DNA from: Eledone cirrhosa
Lineage: Eukaryota
Length of the DNA stretch: 64,000 nucleotides
Assembly: GCA_964016885.1 (NCBI GenBank)
Contig: OZ024740.1
Location: 194,246,001-194,310,000 of the forward strand
Direction: 5' to 3'
Both the position numbers and the translations under genes were made by a program. How positions within the stretch are numbered: position 1 is the first letter of the stretch; every line of letters starts with the position of its first letter. Below the pieces are notes generated by a model. That model was not told the DNA's origin. It saw nothing but the letters and a program-made list of their open reading frames with translations, and ran no database searches. Shown piece after piece: positions 23,637 through 37,504 of this stretch.

Positions 23637-24717
23637 CTAGCAGTAAAGCCCGGCGTTGCTCGGGGTCGCTCAGTAGCTGTGTTAAAGTTACAATGTTAAG
23701 TTTCTTTTTTGGCTTAGAAACTGTAATGTCTACTGTGCAGACTTGCATGTGGTGTTTTTGATTAATATTCCCTCAACCAACAATATGCCTTATGAAGTTA
23801 AGAAAACATAACGATAACCCGAATGTTATAACAAAAGAGGATGCTGGGGATAGAAACTGCACTGGTTATTTATTAACAAAGATCGAAAATGTAAACACTG
23901 CAACGCAGAGAAAAACATTAGCGTAACCAAATTATCAGTTATGTCTGTCTGCACGCCTATATCACCTCTCTGCACGACTGTCTGTCTGCACGCCTATATC
24001 ACCTCTCTGCACGACTATCTGTCTGCACGCGTATATCACCTCTCTGCACGACTATCTGTCTGCACGCGTATATCACCTCTCTGCACGACTATCTGTCTGC
24101 ACGACTGTCTGTCTGCACGCCTAACGAAATTTACAGATACAGCCCGGCGTTGCTCGGGGTCGCTCAGTAGCTGTGTTAAAGTTACAATGTTAAGTTTCTT
24201 TTTTGGCTTAAAGTCTGTCTGCACGCCTAACGAAATTTACAGATACATATATTTTAAATAAACTTATATAATTTTTGCTTTTTTTTACGAAATATTTGCT
24301 TGTTTTACGTAGTCTTTAAATAGACTTGTTTTCAAATAAAAATATTGTTTTAAAAGGCTTTTAAATGGAAATGAAGCAAAACGGAAGCTTAGTGTTCGAA
24401 CTGATGAATTTTGCAGTGTGTTAATGTCATTTTAAACGCTGAGAAAGCCAGCGTAATTTTTTTAATTTTTGCACGCAGACGCTCAATGTAAACAGAACAA
24501 AGGGAAATAACTGATCACTTACGCTCAAAAATCGATACATTATATTCGATTTCGTCACATAGGGTGGGTCAATTTGAAATTTTTTTTTTCCGATGTCTTC
24601 GCTAGGGCTCAATGTACAAGTATAGCAATTTCGGTGCAATTCCGTGAGAGATTCTAAGAGGAGATGTGTGCCAAAAATCGATAGACAGACAGACAACCAC
24701 AGTTTTATATATATAGA
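23637..24717 (-). mobile_element. Non-autonomous Helitron
   Basis: Minus strand A|TCTATATATATAAAA...(GTCT)n 5' end, 3' hairpin CCCG-AGCAACGC-CGGG then CTAG|T, no TSD. Confidence 0.82.
23943..24120. repeat. ~37-bp minisatellite (about 3 copies plus partials) inside the Helitron
   Basis: GCACGCCTATATCACCTCTCTGCACGACTGTCTGTCT variants in tandem. Confidence 0.9.
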
Positions 24718-24724
24718 TTGCATT

Positions 24725-25740
24725 CTCTCCTACGCCCTGCACAGACAAGACTTTCGTTAAAATCCTTGCTGTGGCCAAAGGTATTAACTTCTTCATGACC
24801 TGTAATATTGCCTCAATTCCAATTCTATTTACACCGTCATCAAACCTGTCCGATATGCATCCCAATGCTCCGATTACAACTGAAATTAGTAAGCCTTCTG
24901 CACCCACCACAGCTTTCCAGCCTCCTCCATCAATAACTCATACTTCTCCATCTCTTCATGCTTTTTACCCTTTACTCTACTATCTCTTGAGATAGCGATA
25001 TTAGTAATTTAGGCTGGGCCTCTTTTTTCTTCTTTTTGACAACGAAAATGTCTCGTCTTCTTGCCTTAATCTTTCTATCGCATTAAATGGTGAGGTTCCA
25101 CAAAACTTTAAATTCGTTATTCTCTTGAGGATCATGCCATTTAGTTTCTCTAACTAACCTACGTTTCTCAGATATCATCAGCTGGATATATTTGATAACA
25201 TTACCTCGGCGTCTTTCCTACTATGGCTGTGCCAAATTAACACATTTACTTACAATGTCTGATCGTTTATCCTTTTGTTTAGATAATAGTGATTATACAT
25301 AATAGCGATTTTATCGTTTTGTCAACATGGTGTTTAATGTATTTAGTTCGAAAGGCCTGCTTCTGGGCGCTGCACACCTGGGCCTAAGTGGATCCTTTCG
25401 GATCGTCAGTTTTAAGCCACGATCAGCTCATATTCAAGTTAATGCTTTCTTTATCTCTAGTGTACTGTCCATGCAAAATGTCATCCCTCCATTCCTTTTC
25501 AAGTTATTGTTTCACTCTCTTCTTGCATTCATTAGGTGATACTGCATCAGCAAATTCAGTGTGTCGAGGTCTCTTACTTTTGGAATGATGCTACCGATCA
25601 CAATTTTAAGATACAAAGCTTTCACGTGTTTTCTTTCTTTCAACAAAACTTCTTGCGACATCACTCTTTGGTTGTAGTTCGTTATGCACTGTCATTAATT
25701 TCCTAGTTTTCCTATCAATACTTTCTAATTCATATTTCCA
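24725..25740 (-). pseudogene. Degenerate R4/Dong 3' portion (RLE region)
   Basis: VVIGALGCIS..TARILTKVLS matches the C-termini of elements A and B; many stops. Confidence 0.75.
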
Positions 25741-25756
25741 TTGTTATTATTATTAT

Positions 25757-25965
25757 TGGCAGTATCCGTAGAGCGTTGGACACCCTGCTTTCGCTGCTGT
25801 AAGTTACGGCTTTTTACGTTCTGAGTTCAAATCATGTAGAGGTTAGCTTTGCCTTCTATCCTTACGAGGTCGATGAAATAATGTAACAGTCACACACTGG
25901 GATAGATTTTATTACTTTCCCCTTCCCCAAAGTTGCTGCCCTTGTGCCAACATTAGAAACCATTT
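25757..25965 (+). mobile_element. Meta-domain SINE copy between (TTA)n tracts
   Basis: TGGCAGTATCC..GAGTTCAAATC..CCTTACGAGGTCGATGAAATAA..CCTTGTGCCAACATTAGAAAC. Confidence 0.85.
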
Positions 25966-25978
25966 TTATTATTATTAC

Positions 25979-26023
<45 letters not shown>

Positions 26024-26871
26024 TGAGTCTCATGTCCGTAGATTTTGTGATCATCGTTCAGAACAATACTGTGCTCTGAGGTTTTTGCACTGAGGTATTT
26101 ACACTATTGTCTTTGTTTTATGGACACACGGCTAGAATGATGTACTCATTTTGTTGTTCAGTAAAAAGAGATCAGTGATGATATTATATGTTTTGAAAGA
26201 GTTTATAGTATTAGGACATGATGGTGTCAAATATGTTATTGTGTAACGAATATAACAATGTATTCACCAAGAGTATTTTGTTATTAAAATGTGATCCTTG
26301 TGCAAATATATAGTTTCGATTTTCTTCTCGACAACGTGTTTATCAAAAGCTATCGAGTTGCCTAGCGGTGACGAAATGTTTCACTTCCTGTTTTTGATTA
26401 TGTTATCAAAGCAGCCAGCTTTGATCATCTGTCTAGACATCTTCGTATCTTGGCAAGAACATAGTCACATATCGGAAATGATGCATGTTTGTGTTTGTAT
26501 CTGGTTTTAATAGTGAATAATATTATCTACATAATATAACCACATATCCTGTGCTTTATACAAAAATATTACCCTCCCTCCGCCTTAATCTTACTGAAAT
26601 TCATCAAAGAATTAAAAGATATATTATCTATTTACGTTGAGTACTCAGACTATAGTTAACAATATATATTATCATAATTTGTTTTGACAACGAGCAAAAA
26701 GGAGCGCTTGTAAGTGGTGGTTAGTTTTGCCAGAAATATGAGCCATCTCTCCCTATATTTCACATACACACACAAACACATTTACACACAAACAAACACA
26801 TACACACACACTCACACACACACACACACAAACACACATACACACACACATACACACACCACACACACCCA

Positions 26872-26912
<41 letters not shown>

Positions 26913-27439
26913 TCAAGTCAAACCTGTCTTATAAATAGGAGATATATTGAACATTCTAGTCCATGCAATACAAAAAGTTGGAATTATTACGACAGGAGTA
27001 CCTTTGATCAAAGGCCGTCTCCATATGTGCTGGCCTTACGATAAGAAAAAACAACACCCTTTTTGGATAATCCCTACCTACCTCTCTAGGATTTCAATAT
27101 ACACATGATGCAGCTTCGTGGTGCTGGTCGCAAGTTATTTTCTCATTTTAATAAGCTATATATTTCTCATTAAAATTTCAATTTATTATATTGAAACCAT
27201 AGTCTATTCGGTACAAATATTACATAGACATCTATTTTCTTTAAATGTCACGTAGTCGACTTCGTTTTTTACCCACTGAAATTTGATAAAAGAAAGGAAC
27301 AATAAAGCACTGTACGTAATTTAATCTCTCAAATTGACTCCATGCTAGAAACCATTATTAGTCTCAAAACTCTTTTAATTTTATAATTTCTCCTTTATTT
27401 GTAATATTTTGTCTTTCTCTTCCTAACTGTTCCTATGTT

Positions 27440-27530
27440 AATCGTTATGAGATCGATAAAATAAGCAACAGGGGTTGGTTTAATCGAATTTAACTTCCCC
27501 CAAATGGCTGACTATGTGCCTATATTAGAA

Positions 27531-27562
<32 letters not shown>

Positions 27563-27900
27563 CACTAGCGGGTCGGACGCCATGCTTTCCAGCATAGTTA
27601 CGTCCCTTTACGGTCTGAGTTCAAATCCCGTCGAGGTTAACTTTGGCTTTCATCCTTACCGGGTCGATAAAATAAAGTACCAGTAATACACTGGTGTAAT
27701 TGCTGGCCTTGTGCCCAAAGTAGAAACAATTATTATTGTTGGTGATGTAGGTATGTGGCACATAGTTACGTCCATTTAGTCACTGAGTTCAAATTACGCC
27801 GAAGTTAGCTTTACCTTTCATCCTTCAAAGGTCAATAAAATAAAATACTTGTTAAGTACTGAGGTCGATTTACTTAAATTTCCCTTCCCCACAAGCGGCT
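27440..27900 (+). mobile_element. Cluster of Meta-domain SINE copies and fragments (best copy 27568-27735)
   Basis: Repeated GAGTTCAAAT and GTCGATAAAATAAAGTACCAG motifs. Confidence 0.82.
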
Positions 27901-29379
27901 AATTGGCCGAGTCATTAGAATGTCGGATAGAATGCTTGCGTTATTCGTTTCGGCACTCTGCTCGAGGCTGATATAAATATACCAGTATAGTACTGGGTCT
28001 ATTCTTCCCTTAGATTTATTTCTCAGTTTCATGTTCTCCCCCCCCCCCCCCACCCTCTCTCTATCCTTTTCTGAAAGAAATCTGCTTTGTTTATACGTGG
28101 AGATGAGATAGGATCCACCAGGTGAAAATGCCAAAGAAACGCCATATGTCAATGCGACGCCCTTATGAGTCACTCGGGAGTTACAGGAAAATACCATATA
28201 TTTGCTCGCAAAATTGCTGGCCTTGTGTCTAAGTTAGTATTTTCTCAAATATATAGGCGTATGTCTATCTCAGAAATACCTTATTGTGAATATACGATCG
28301 GTAAAACAGTAGATACAATGTCTTGTTCTGTTTTGTTCGATTTTATATGCCAGCCTTCTGGCTTGATAAATTAAGTACCATACATGTGCAGGAGTTATTA
28401 TAATCGACTATAGCTGCCCTCGGGGTTTCTGTAAGGAATTTGTCTTCTTCTTATTATTATTTGCATAAGGCCTGGCTTATAAATATTATATGGATTGTTT
28501 CTTCTCGCATTTTAGGCTTCCTTTCCAAATTCGTAAGAGGTAGTATTGAGATGTTTTTGTTTTACTTTGTGTTGATGTTAATGAATTGTGTGTGTCAAAA
28601 GGCGGTCTTGTTATTTATAAATGTTTCCCTTAATTGTATGTGCCAATGTCATTTGCTCAAGAGGGCGGAGAAAATGTATAGTAACAATACTGTTTACACT
28701 CAAGGGAAGGTGTGCGATTGTAGATAGCTCAGCAAAAGTAATGTCTATGCCTTTGCCGTAGACCTATAACTTGTTAAAATAGTAGAAAAAAAATGCAATC
28801 AATTAATCAATAAAGTGTTTTGTCAATATGAATATGGCAAACACACACAGAATCTGATACAAGACTAGGAGGAAGAATATGAATAAGAAAGGGGTGTGGA
28901 ATATGTTTTATGAGAGACAGGGAACCCTAAAGAACGATATCTTCAAAGAATGATCAGGATTCGATATAAGAATAGAATCTGAATAATTTAATCAAATAAT
29001 ACACAGAATGACATTCAATTAAAATTTTCTTCAACAGTGGTAAGGTAGTTTCTTGTGTTTGCATAAATGTATGTTATTTCTTATTTCTCCGTTGTTTTGT
29101 ATATATATAACATGGCCCCGAAAGCAATGGATGAATGTAAATGTTAAGTATATGTAACTTATTTCATTCTAAATAAGCTCACTTGCAATAGATTGAGTAT
29201 TTTTGTCATTGATCTTTTATCTACGGATATCCAACATATAAATAGTGCTCCTCGCGTGGAATGTGGTGGCAAAATTGATCACACAAGTAGGAAATACTGG
29301 CATAGTAGACAGAACAGTTGAGCACTCTTCAGACTTAATGATTATTTTGAAACATATCAACATATTGGATACATACGAG

Positions 29380-29690
29380 ATAGACTACTCTTCCAAGAAC
29401 ATACTCATCCCTACTAACCTCTACTCCAAAAAGCTGCTAGAGAAATTGAAGGAGGTGTTACTAAGATTGGGTTGGCAGGCTCTGCATTTTGACGGAGGTA
29501 TGCCAACTATCACCACCGAAGGCGTCAACCTCAAATCAACCAAGTACCCACCCAAAGTGAAAGATTTAGCAGACTTCCAGGTGATCCTCTTAGACTTAAC
29601 AGTTACCATAAAGTTCCGTAAATACCATAGTTCCGTCCAAAAACAAACCATGAAAGATATCATGAAATTCAGATCGTCAAATAATCAAAC
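29380..29690 (+). pseudogene. Penelope-like element ORF N-terminal relic (Naiad-like)
   Basis: DYSSKNILIP..LLEKL..VLLRLGWQAL..KSTKYPPKVKDLADF..IKFRK resembles the YSxKNIPIP...KRMRWKA..IKFR pattern of PLE proteins. Subclade assignment is tentative. Confidence 0.6.
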
Positions 29691-30039
29691 GGAAACACTC
29701 GACGTCAAGGAAGCCACAAGGTATTATGGATATTCAGAAAAGGAAGAGAGGTAGAATCACATATTCAACATCGCTGTATTACATTGATTAATTTTTTTAT
29801 GCACATTTCGAAGGTACAGAAAGGTCATTAAACAACGAGTATCACATATGTTTTCATTAAACAGGCAGTTGTGACTAACAATTCCCCTGCATCCCATTAG
29901 GGACTTGTGTATCTACATTCAGATTTATTTATGAAAAGCAAACATTCACGCATATATACATATATACATAGATACACATATATATACCATACATATCGTG
30001 TTCCTGTTTTCCTTCGGTTGCAACGTCTTTCGAAATATT

Positions 30040-30135
30040 TACTTCTGCGTTCACAGATTGATTTTTTTAGCTTCAGAATATCCCGTTAAGGGTGAAAGCA
30101 GCGATCCTTTGCTTAAACTTTAATCTGTTATTTTA

Positions 30136-30140
<5 letters not shown>
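30040..30140 (+). mobile_element. Dispersed repeat end abutting (TA)n (probable PLE pLTR 3' end); copies at 62821-62919 and 63309-63362 on the minus strand
   Basis: TTAAGGGTGAAAGCAGCGATCCTTTGCTTAAACTTTAATCTGTTATTTTAATAAA is shared by all three, always ending at a TA run. Confidence 0.75.
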
Positions 30141-30183
<43 letters not shown>

Positions 30184-30276
30184 GTTTACATATATATAAA
30201 GTCATAGATATATAAGTGTTTTGCAACGGGTCACGTTGTGGCTCAATGAAGAATTAATAAATTAAATAATCAGAGC

Positions 30277-30739
30277 TATATATCATAAAACATGTCTATA
30301 GAATCACTAGATAAAATATATACCGTTTCCTCTCCCAATTAGCATAATTAACTATATAAAAAATCAATTAGACCAAGCTATAAGAATAAAGGCTCCTATG
30401 AAGAAATCTCCAACAAATAACCGAAAGCAGCCCCTTCGCGGCGGTTACGACGGAGTATTTATCGAACATTTCGACAGCATGTGTAAATCGACCAGATATA
30501 CAGTCAACTAAACATAATTAGGTGTATAATAAACTTGGAAGAAATGTGTATATATTTAATGACCTCTACCATGGTTTCGCCCGTATTTTAAGACATCCGA
30601 TAACAGAGGACACCTAGAGCTTCGGATTCATCAGGAGTTAGCTCAAATTTAGACAATTAATTTTCCAAAGTGGTTAATTATGCTAATTGGGAGAGGAAAC
30701 GGTATATATTTTATCTAGTGATTCTATAGACATGTTTTA

Positions 30740-30748
<9 letters not shown>
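30277..30748. repeat. ~76-bp inverted repeat (30277-30352 / 30673-30748) enclosing a hammerhead
   Basis: ATCATAAAACATGTCTATAGAATCACTAG...ATAATTAAC and its reverse complement. Confidence 0.92.
30564..30637 (-). ncRNA. Hammerhead ribozyme-like motif
   Basis: CTC-CTGATGA-[extended stem II]-GAAA-CCATG-GTA-GAG; palindromic stem III ACCATGGT. Confidence 0.7.
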
Positions 30749-30788
<40 letters not shown>

Positions 30789-31338
30789 TTATTATCTTTT
30801 GGATGTTTTGTAAGCCTCAGCAATGCACATGGGTAATTCTCCGGGTAACAGGATCCGGTGGTGAAGAGAGAGATGTAAGGGAATGTAAAATGTGATGTAT
30901 AGTGTGTAGATGAACGTAGGAAAGAGCGTAAAAATAAAAATAATAACACGAGATAGAGTTAACTTGGGAGAGATTTCATTGTCACTATATTTCGAATTCG
31001 CATCCATCAACTGGGGGGTTTTCCGAGGGGGTTATCTGTCGGAGAGGAATGGAACATGTCCTATGCTGTTCGCTGTTCGTGAATATTGAGGTATTCTGCA
31101 GAGCGCGCGTGCGCGCTGAATCGGTGCGGTCAAGCAGGGGTCGAAGTAGTTCTTTTAATTGGGGGAGTGGGATGGCGTTAGCTGTCAGTCCATTGTACTA
31201 TTTGTCTGTATTGGGTTTTTGGTACTGGCAGTGTAGTATATCGAGTGGGTTAATCGGCCAGGTGCACCGAAAACGAATAACGGAAAAAATGAAACGAAAT
31301 TTAATTTCCCACTCTTAGTACGGCTGTTACTTAAATAT

Positions 31339-31830
31339 AAGTATGTACACGTACATACATATATTTATACAGACGTACGGCAGTATGTATATATATATAC
31401 ATACATGCACACATATATATATGTACGTATGGATTCACCGAACATTTATTATAATGCTCGGTGTGTTTGTAAACAAACATCCCGTATTAAGCCGTAGTGT
31501 CTACAACCATCGTTGCTCGTTTGTTCAACACTGACAAAGGACGCTGTACTAGTATATACATTCAACAACCTGGCAGGAAGGTATACGTTGCTGACGATAG
31601 CTGATAAGCTTGAAACTAGTACATCGTTCCTTTGTCAGTGTTGAACAAACGAGCAACGATGGTTGTTAGACACTACGGCTTAATACGGGATGTTTGTTTA
31701 CAAACACACCGAGCATTATAATAAATGTTCGGTGAATCCATACGTACATATATATATATGTGCATGTATGTATATATATATACATACTACTGTACGTCTG
31801 TATACATATATCTATGTACGTGTACATACT
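31339..31830. repeat. ~215-bp inverted repeat (31339-31553 / 31615-31830)
   Basis: Arms are reverse complements with few mismatches; the same peptide [28 protein letters not shown] appears on both strands. Confidence 0.95.
31586..31626 (+). ncRNA. Minimal hammerhead ribozyme-like motif
   Basis: CGTTG-CTGACGA-TAGCT(GATA)AGCTT-GAAA-CTAGTA-CATCG; palindromic ACTAGT stem III. Confidence 0.72.
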
Positions 31831-31862
<32 letters not shown>

Positions 31863-32629
31863 GAATCATCAACGTTTTAGCTGTCATATAGCAGCTACTA
31901 ATCGAGTTGTTTGAGGCGACCACATAGCACTCACTAAAATGGTATTTTAACACAAAAGTTTAAAGAGTGACACCAAGAAAAACGACCGAAGGCAGTGGCT
32001 ATACATATTGTATATATTTATGTGTGTGTTTGTGTTTGTGTGTGTGTGTGTGTGTGCGTATGTGTGTGTGTGCGTGTGTGTATGTATGTGCGTGTGTGCT
32101 CGTGTGTATGTGTGTGTGTTTGTGTGTCTGTTTCATAAATACATGTGTGAATATGTACAAACGTCTCTAATGGAATACAAGTGAAATATTTGTCAGAATA
32201 TTTCGCCCGTATTCAAATTGTATTAACATGCTCTATTTGGGTAAAGAAATATTATTGACATATATTATAATATTTATGATACTTCGATAAACACTGATTT
32301 TGATGATGATTGTACTGAGCTAGAATGACAGGGTTCACTGCTGATATGTGGAGATTAAAACTATAGGGGATTGATACACAGTTATTGTCAAGTAGAATAT
32401 TATCATTTTATCATTTATATATATTACCATCATTCAGTTACATATGTTTACAAATATTATGGTACTTGACATTCCCTCGTCATCAAACTCATATAGATCA
32501 TCAGGAACGATGCTTGAAAATTTCTTTCGTGTTTTCATCACAAAGCATTTCTTTTAAACTTCGCTTTTCATATTCATTTACACCATTTACTTACTTGAAA
32601 CTTAACACTCATTGTGCGATTTCCAAATA

Positions 32630-32995
32630 CAGTCTGTTCATTTTTTACGCGAACTTGAAGTACGTGAATTCAAATAAGGGCGGTGGATTAGCAGAATCGG
32701 TAGAGCTTCGGACACCATGCTTTGCAGCAAAGAGTTACGGCCCTTTATGGTTAACTTTGTCTTTCATCCTTACGGGTTCGATAAAATAAAGTACCAGTAA
32801 TGCACTGGGATAATTACTGGCCTTGTGCCAAAAGTAGAAACAATTATTAAATATTCACTTTGCGCAAATAACGCGCCACAACGCGTGCGGTTTTAAATTT
32901 TTTTTTTTTATCAGAAATACGCGACTAGAACTATGCGGATTTGCTTTACGCGTCGCGTTCACGAACGCATCTTCGCGTAAAAAGCGACCACACTG
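32630..32995. mobile_element. Tc1/mariner (pogo/Tigger-like) MITE interrupted by a SINE
   Basis: TA|CAGTCTGTTCATTTTTTACGCGAA ... TTCGCGTAAAAAGCGACCACACTG|TA: imperfect TIRs with TA TSD. Confidence 0.65.
32677..32848 (+). mobile_element. Meta-domain SINE copy lacking the B-box segment
   Basis: GGGCGGTGGATTAGCAG... joins directly to GGTTAACTTTG. Confidence 0.85.
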
Positions 32996-33814
32996 TACAT
33001 ATATTTGTATAAGCTAAATGTATATAGTTTACTGAAGCTGATATATTCATATTATACAACATATAAAACAAATTGTTCACATCTCTATGTAGATCATGTT
33101 TATCCTTTCAAGATAAATCCCCAAGCCTATTGAGTAATGTGCGGATGTTACGAAGAAAGAGAAAGGTGTTCAAAATATAGGAGAAAGAGAAGGAAATAGA
33201 AGTTCCTATAAATAGAGTTGTTGTGATGGTCATTATGAATAGCAGTATTGGAGGATGGGGGAAATGGAGGTTTACCTTGAAACAAGAGGGTTCATAATCG
33301 GTTTTCATAATGAATTACTATAGGGTCGGTTGTGATAGGGTGTTGCAAGTATGAGAGAATACCTAGTTCTTGAATGATTAGGGTTGGCGTGTGTAATAAA
33401 TGAAATTAAATTAGAGGGATCCTGGCTATGTTGTACTATAAAGAGGGATGAAATTATGAGGAGTGAGAGTTTAGGGTGGAAGTTAGCGAACTATGATGAA
33501 TTAATGAAAAGGAAGTTCGTTGAAAGATGGACCGATGGATACTGGGGTAGATATATAGATAGATAAGAGATTGGGTTTGTGGTTAGTAAGATATATTGAT
33601 AGAGAGATATGTGTGCAGTGGCGGTCTGGGTCTAAAAATATTGCTTGCCAGGAAATGAAGGGGGCCGACTTACATCTAGAATGCTATCATTTACCTTTTA
33701 TAAGGAATAAATAACATTTTCAAAAAATACATAAGTGGAAACAAAACAGTGCAATCAAATTTTTACAGTCTCCAATAAGAAATATTATGTATTTTGCGAA
33801 ATCCAGAGACTTTC

Positions 33815-33988
33815 AATAATTGTTTCTACTTTTGGCACAAGGCCAGCAAATACTCAGTATATTACTGGTACTTTATTTTATCGACTCCCGTAAGGATGAA
33901 AGGCAAAGTTAACCTCGGCGGGATTTGAACTCAGAACGTAAAGGGACGTAACTATGATAGAAAGCATGGCATCCAACTCTCTACCGGA
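33815..33988 (-). mobile_element. Meta-domain SINE copy
   Basis: Reverse complement of the family consensus. Confidence 0.88.
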
Positions 33989-34002
33989 CCTTTGGTCTTT
34001 CA

Positions 34003-34143
<141 letters not shown>

Positions 34144-34391
34144 GCCGAAACATCTATGATCTCGTTTTACAGCCGATGAAAGATTTCTCCCCTTGTTTCG
34201 TCCATATTACCATCTTAAACTTTGTTTACAGTATGGAAGTGCGTGTATATGTGTACATGTACATGTGTATATAAAGATGTGTATGTATGTGTGTGTATAT
34301 ATATATATACTTACACATACACACGAACTACTGACCAAATAATGTTGTGTATTGGGTTAAAGACATCTGTCAAATCAATTAGTGGTGAAGG

Positions 34392-34435
<44 letters not shown>

Positions 34436-34439
<4 letters not shown>

Positions 34440-34543
34440 GGTAAACAGAAATAACAACACAATCGGTACAGTATATGGAAGGGATATATTAGGTTAACGC
34501 TTGATATAGCAGGAAGATGCTCTTAACATTTCGGACGCTAGTC

Positions 34544-34546
<3 letters not shown>
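34436..34546 (-). mobile_element. Truncated copy of the PLE pLTR seen at 21905-22010
   Basis: AAGGACTAGCGTCCGAAA...CTTCCTGCTATATCAAGCGTTAACCT...TACTGTACCGATTGTGTTGTTATTTCTGTTTACC on the minus strand. Confidence 0.85.
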
Positions 34547-34585
<39 letters not shown>

Positions 34586-35054
34586 AATTACAACCACTGA
34601 TTCCATCTGCTTGCAGTATCATGTGTTTTGGTTCCTATTAATTCCCTGGGGAATTGGTTTATTTATTGTTTTTTTTTGTTTTTTTTTATTTACTCTTCCT
34701 CTTCGACTTGAGGTATTTTTTGCAAGCAAAGCATTGGCCCTTAATTTACTAGTGGGCTCCTGCAATGCTACTGTTGGCTTCTGCAAAGCTACCGTGGGCC
34801 CTCTGCGTCCCACTTACCACTGCGCAACCTGGCAACCTGGCAACCTGGCCAGTCCGCCCCTGTGTGTGTTTGCATTTTCTACGGTTCAGATGATGAGTGT
34901 TTCATTTGTTCCAACAACTAAATAGCCTAGAATTAACGTGAAAGTGGCTGGGCTCTCCACGGTGACGAGTATCCGTAACTATATAAATATATGGTTAAAT
35001 ATATCGTAAATGAATGAATAGGCACTCCATAAGAAGACAGATCGATGGCTATAG

Positions 35055-35097
<43 letters not shown>

Positions 35098-35804
35098 ATA
35101 AACTGGGCATGTAAGTTATTTCTAAATAAATTGTTTTCTCAGAGGAATCAATGCCTGTCCGGCAACTCCATTAAAACTGAAACCATTTCGGAATCATGTG
35201 TTTACAAGTCTTAGCTTTCCATTTTAGTAAATATCAATAGTATCATCATTGTAATGCTGTAGCTCTGATACGTTTGAGAAGCAAATAGAATATCTCGTAA
35301 TAGCACTATAATTTATTACCCAGCTAGTTGACTTCTAAAGCTATACTTTTCCTCGTTACTTAATGCAGAGAAAACTGTAATTTTGCATGCATTAAATGGA
35401 TGAAAAGACCACTTACATTTCACATTCTGAGACAGGTTGTTCGGTAGCTTATTTCTTTAAATATATAAATTTTTTCATGTGTGAATTATTATATATTTTT
35501 AGATCTTTGTTATTATTTCTTTGATATAAGATTATCATTTTTTAAGTCATTCTCTAATCGGAAAAGTGTTAGATGATATTCTCGATATCAACGATGTCAC
35601 CATGAAAATATGCGTTCCTATTAAATTCAATATATTTTACAGCCTAACGTGAAAAGAGATCTTCACGATGTATATATATACATACATACATGTAAAAAAA
35701 ACTAAAAAACTGGCATGTATACACGCGAACAGGCTATACACTCTCGCAAACAAATTGTATGTACATAAATATATAAGAATTTTTAACAGACTCACGCATG
35801 CTTT

Positions 35805-35867
<63 letters not shown>

Positions 35868-35907
35868 CGTAAGTAAGTTAATTTTAATAATTTTCTTATT
35901 TTACGTC

Positions 35908-36001
<94 letters not shown>

Positions 36002-36419
36002 TATAATATATATATAATATATATATAATATATATATATATTATATATATATATATATATTGCACATGTTCCCAACGAAAACACACAACCAGCTGTGTCT
36101 GTGCTCGTGTGTGCGTTGTAGATGCTTCTCATATATAGATGTGATTATTTCGTATCATAAGAGAAATTTATTTATAACATTACCTATTAATATCAATAAA
36201 CCTTTTTATTTTTATTTTATTTTTGTTATCACAATCTCACTTTCACTTCGTATAACTGTATATTACCTTTTAAATGGAAAATGTATTTTCGCATATGTTT
36301 TTTTTTTCCTCTTTTTCATACATTAGTCTTAGCAACCTGATTATAATTTCTCGTTTAATACCGTAGGTTATTTTTCTTTAAAAAATCTTGTTTAACGGAT
36401 ATTTATTAAATTAACTTTG

Positions 36420-36477
<58 letters not shown>

Positions 36478-37504
36478 CTATGTATGTATATATGTGTGAG
36501 TGTGTGTGTGTATGTGTGGTAATGTATAGAGTGAAACGCAATACATATATATATATATATATACACCAATTGGTTTGAAAAGGAAAACAAAAATTTAGAA
36601 ATAGTTCCATAAGAATGGTTTAGTTGTGTTTTGTTTGTATCATTTATATATACCAATTTCTTCGCTCGTAGCATCTCGTGCGTGTATACGTGTGTATGTA
36701 TGTATATATGTATGTATATTCATGCCCGTATATATAAATGCTTTTCTGCATATAGGAATTCCATTACAGCACAATAATTATTTTTCAGGATTCCTGTAGA
36801 ATAAAAAAAAATGAAATCACTTTCGTTGCCGTATTATTTAAGCGAACACTCAATGTTAGACTACACTGTTTGGCTAAAACTCCAAGCTTTTCGTCTTAAT
36901 TCTACATGATATTAGTCAGAAGCCTAAAGAAGAATAGGCCTTGGGATGTCAACGAAGGAACCTCAATGTCGTTGTTCGACATGCAATAAATAGCAGCTAA
37001 ACCTCCCTTAAATTACATCATTCCGTATTTATATCAATGAACATGTAGCATTAGATATTTTATAATTTGGGGTAGTGACAGTTGGAATATATTTCATAGA
37101 ATTTGCCAATTAAAGTTAATGCAAGTATAAACAACAAATAATTAACATTACTAGACAATGTATGTCTATACCTATTCGTGGAGATTGGAATTAGAATAAC
37201 ATGAATATATACGCAATTTTATAGAGACGCTAAAGAGATAGAGACTGACTTCAACTGAAAATCGAAACCAAGCCAAAAGCAAGACATTCACCTAAGTTGT
37301 TATAATACTGCATCTTTACATTGAAGCATGCATGTTCCCGTAACTCCCAAGGGTGTTGTAGGGGCGCCGTATTGACATATAGCGCCTCTAGGACCTTTTT
37401 GAACCTGGCGGAGTACAATGCCTTCCAGGTCTGAATACAGCAGATTGCGTCCAAGGAAGAATATAAAGAGTAAGACAATGGAAGTTGGAAAGCGATGTAG
37501 AGGA

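Noticed and set aside
23943-24120. ~37-bp repeats superficially like a CRISPR array
   Set aside because: No unique spacers, eukaryotic context, no cas genes; it is a minisatellite inside a Helitron.
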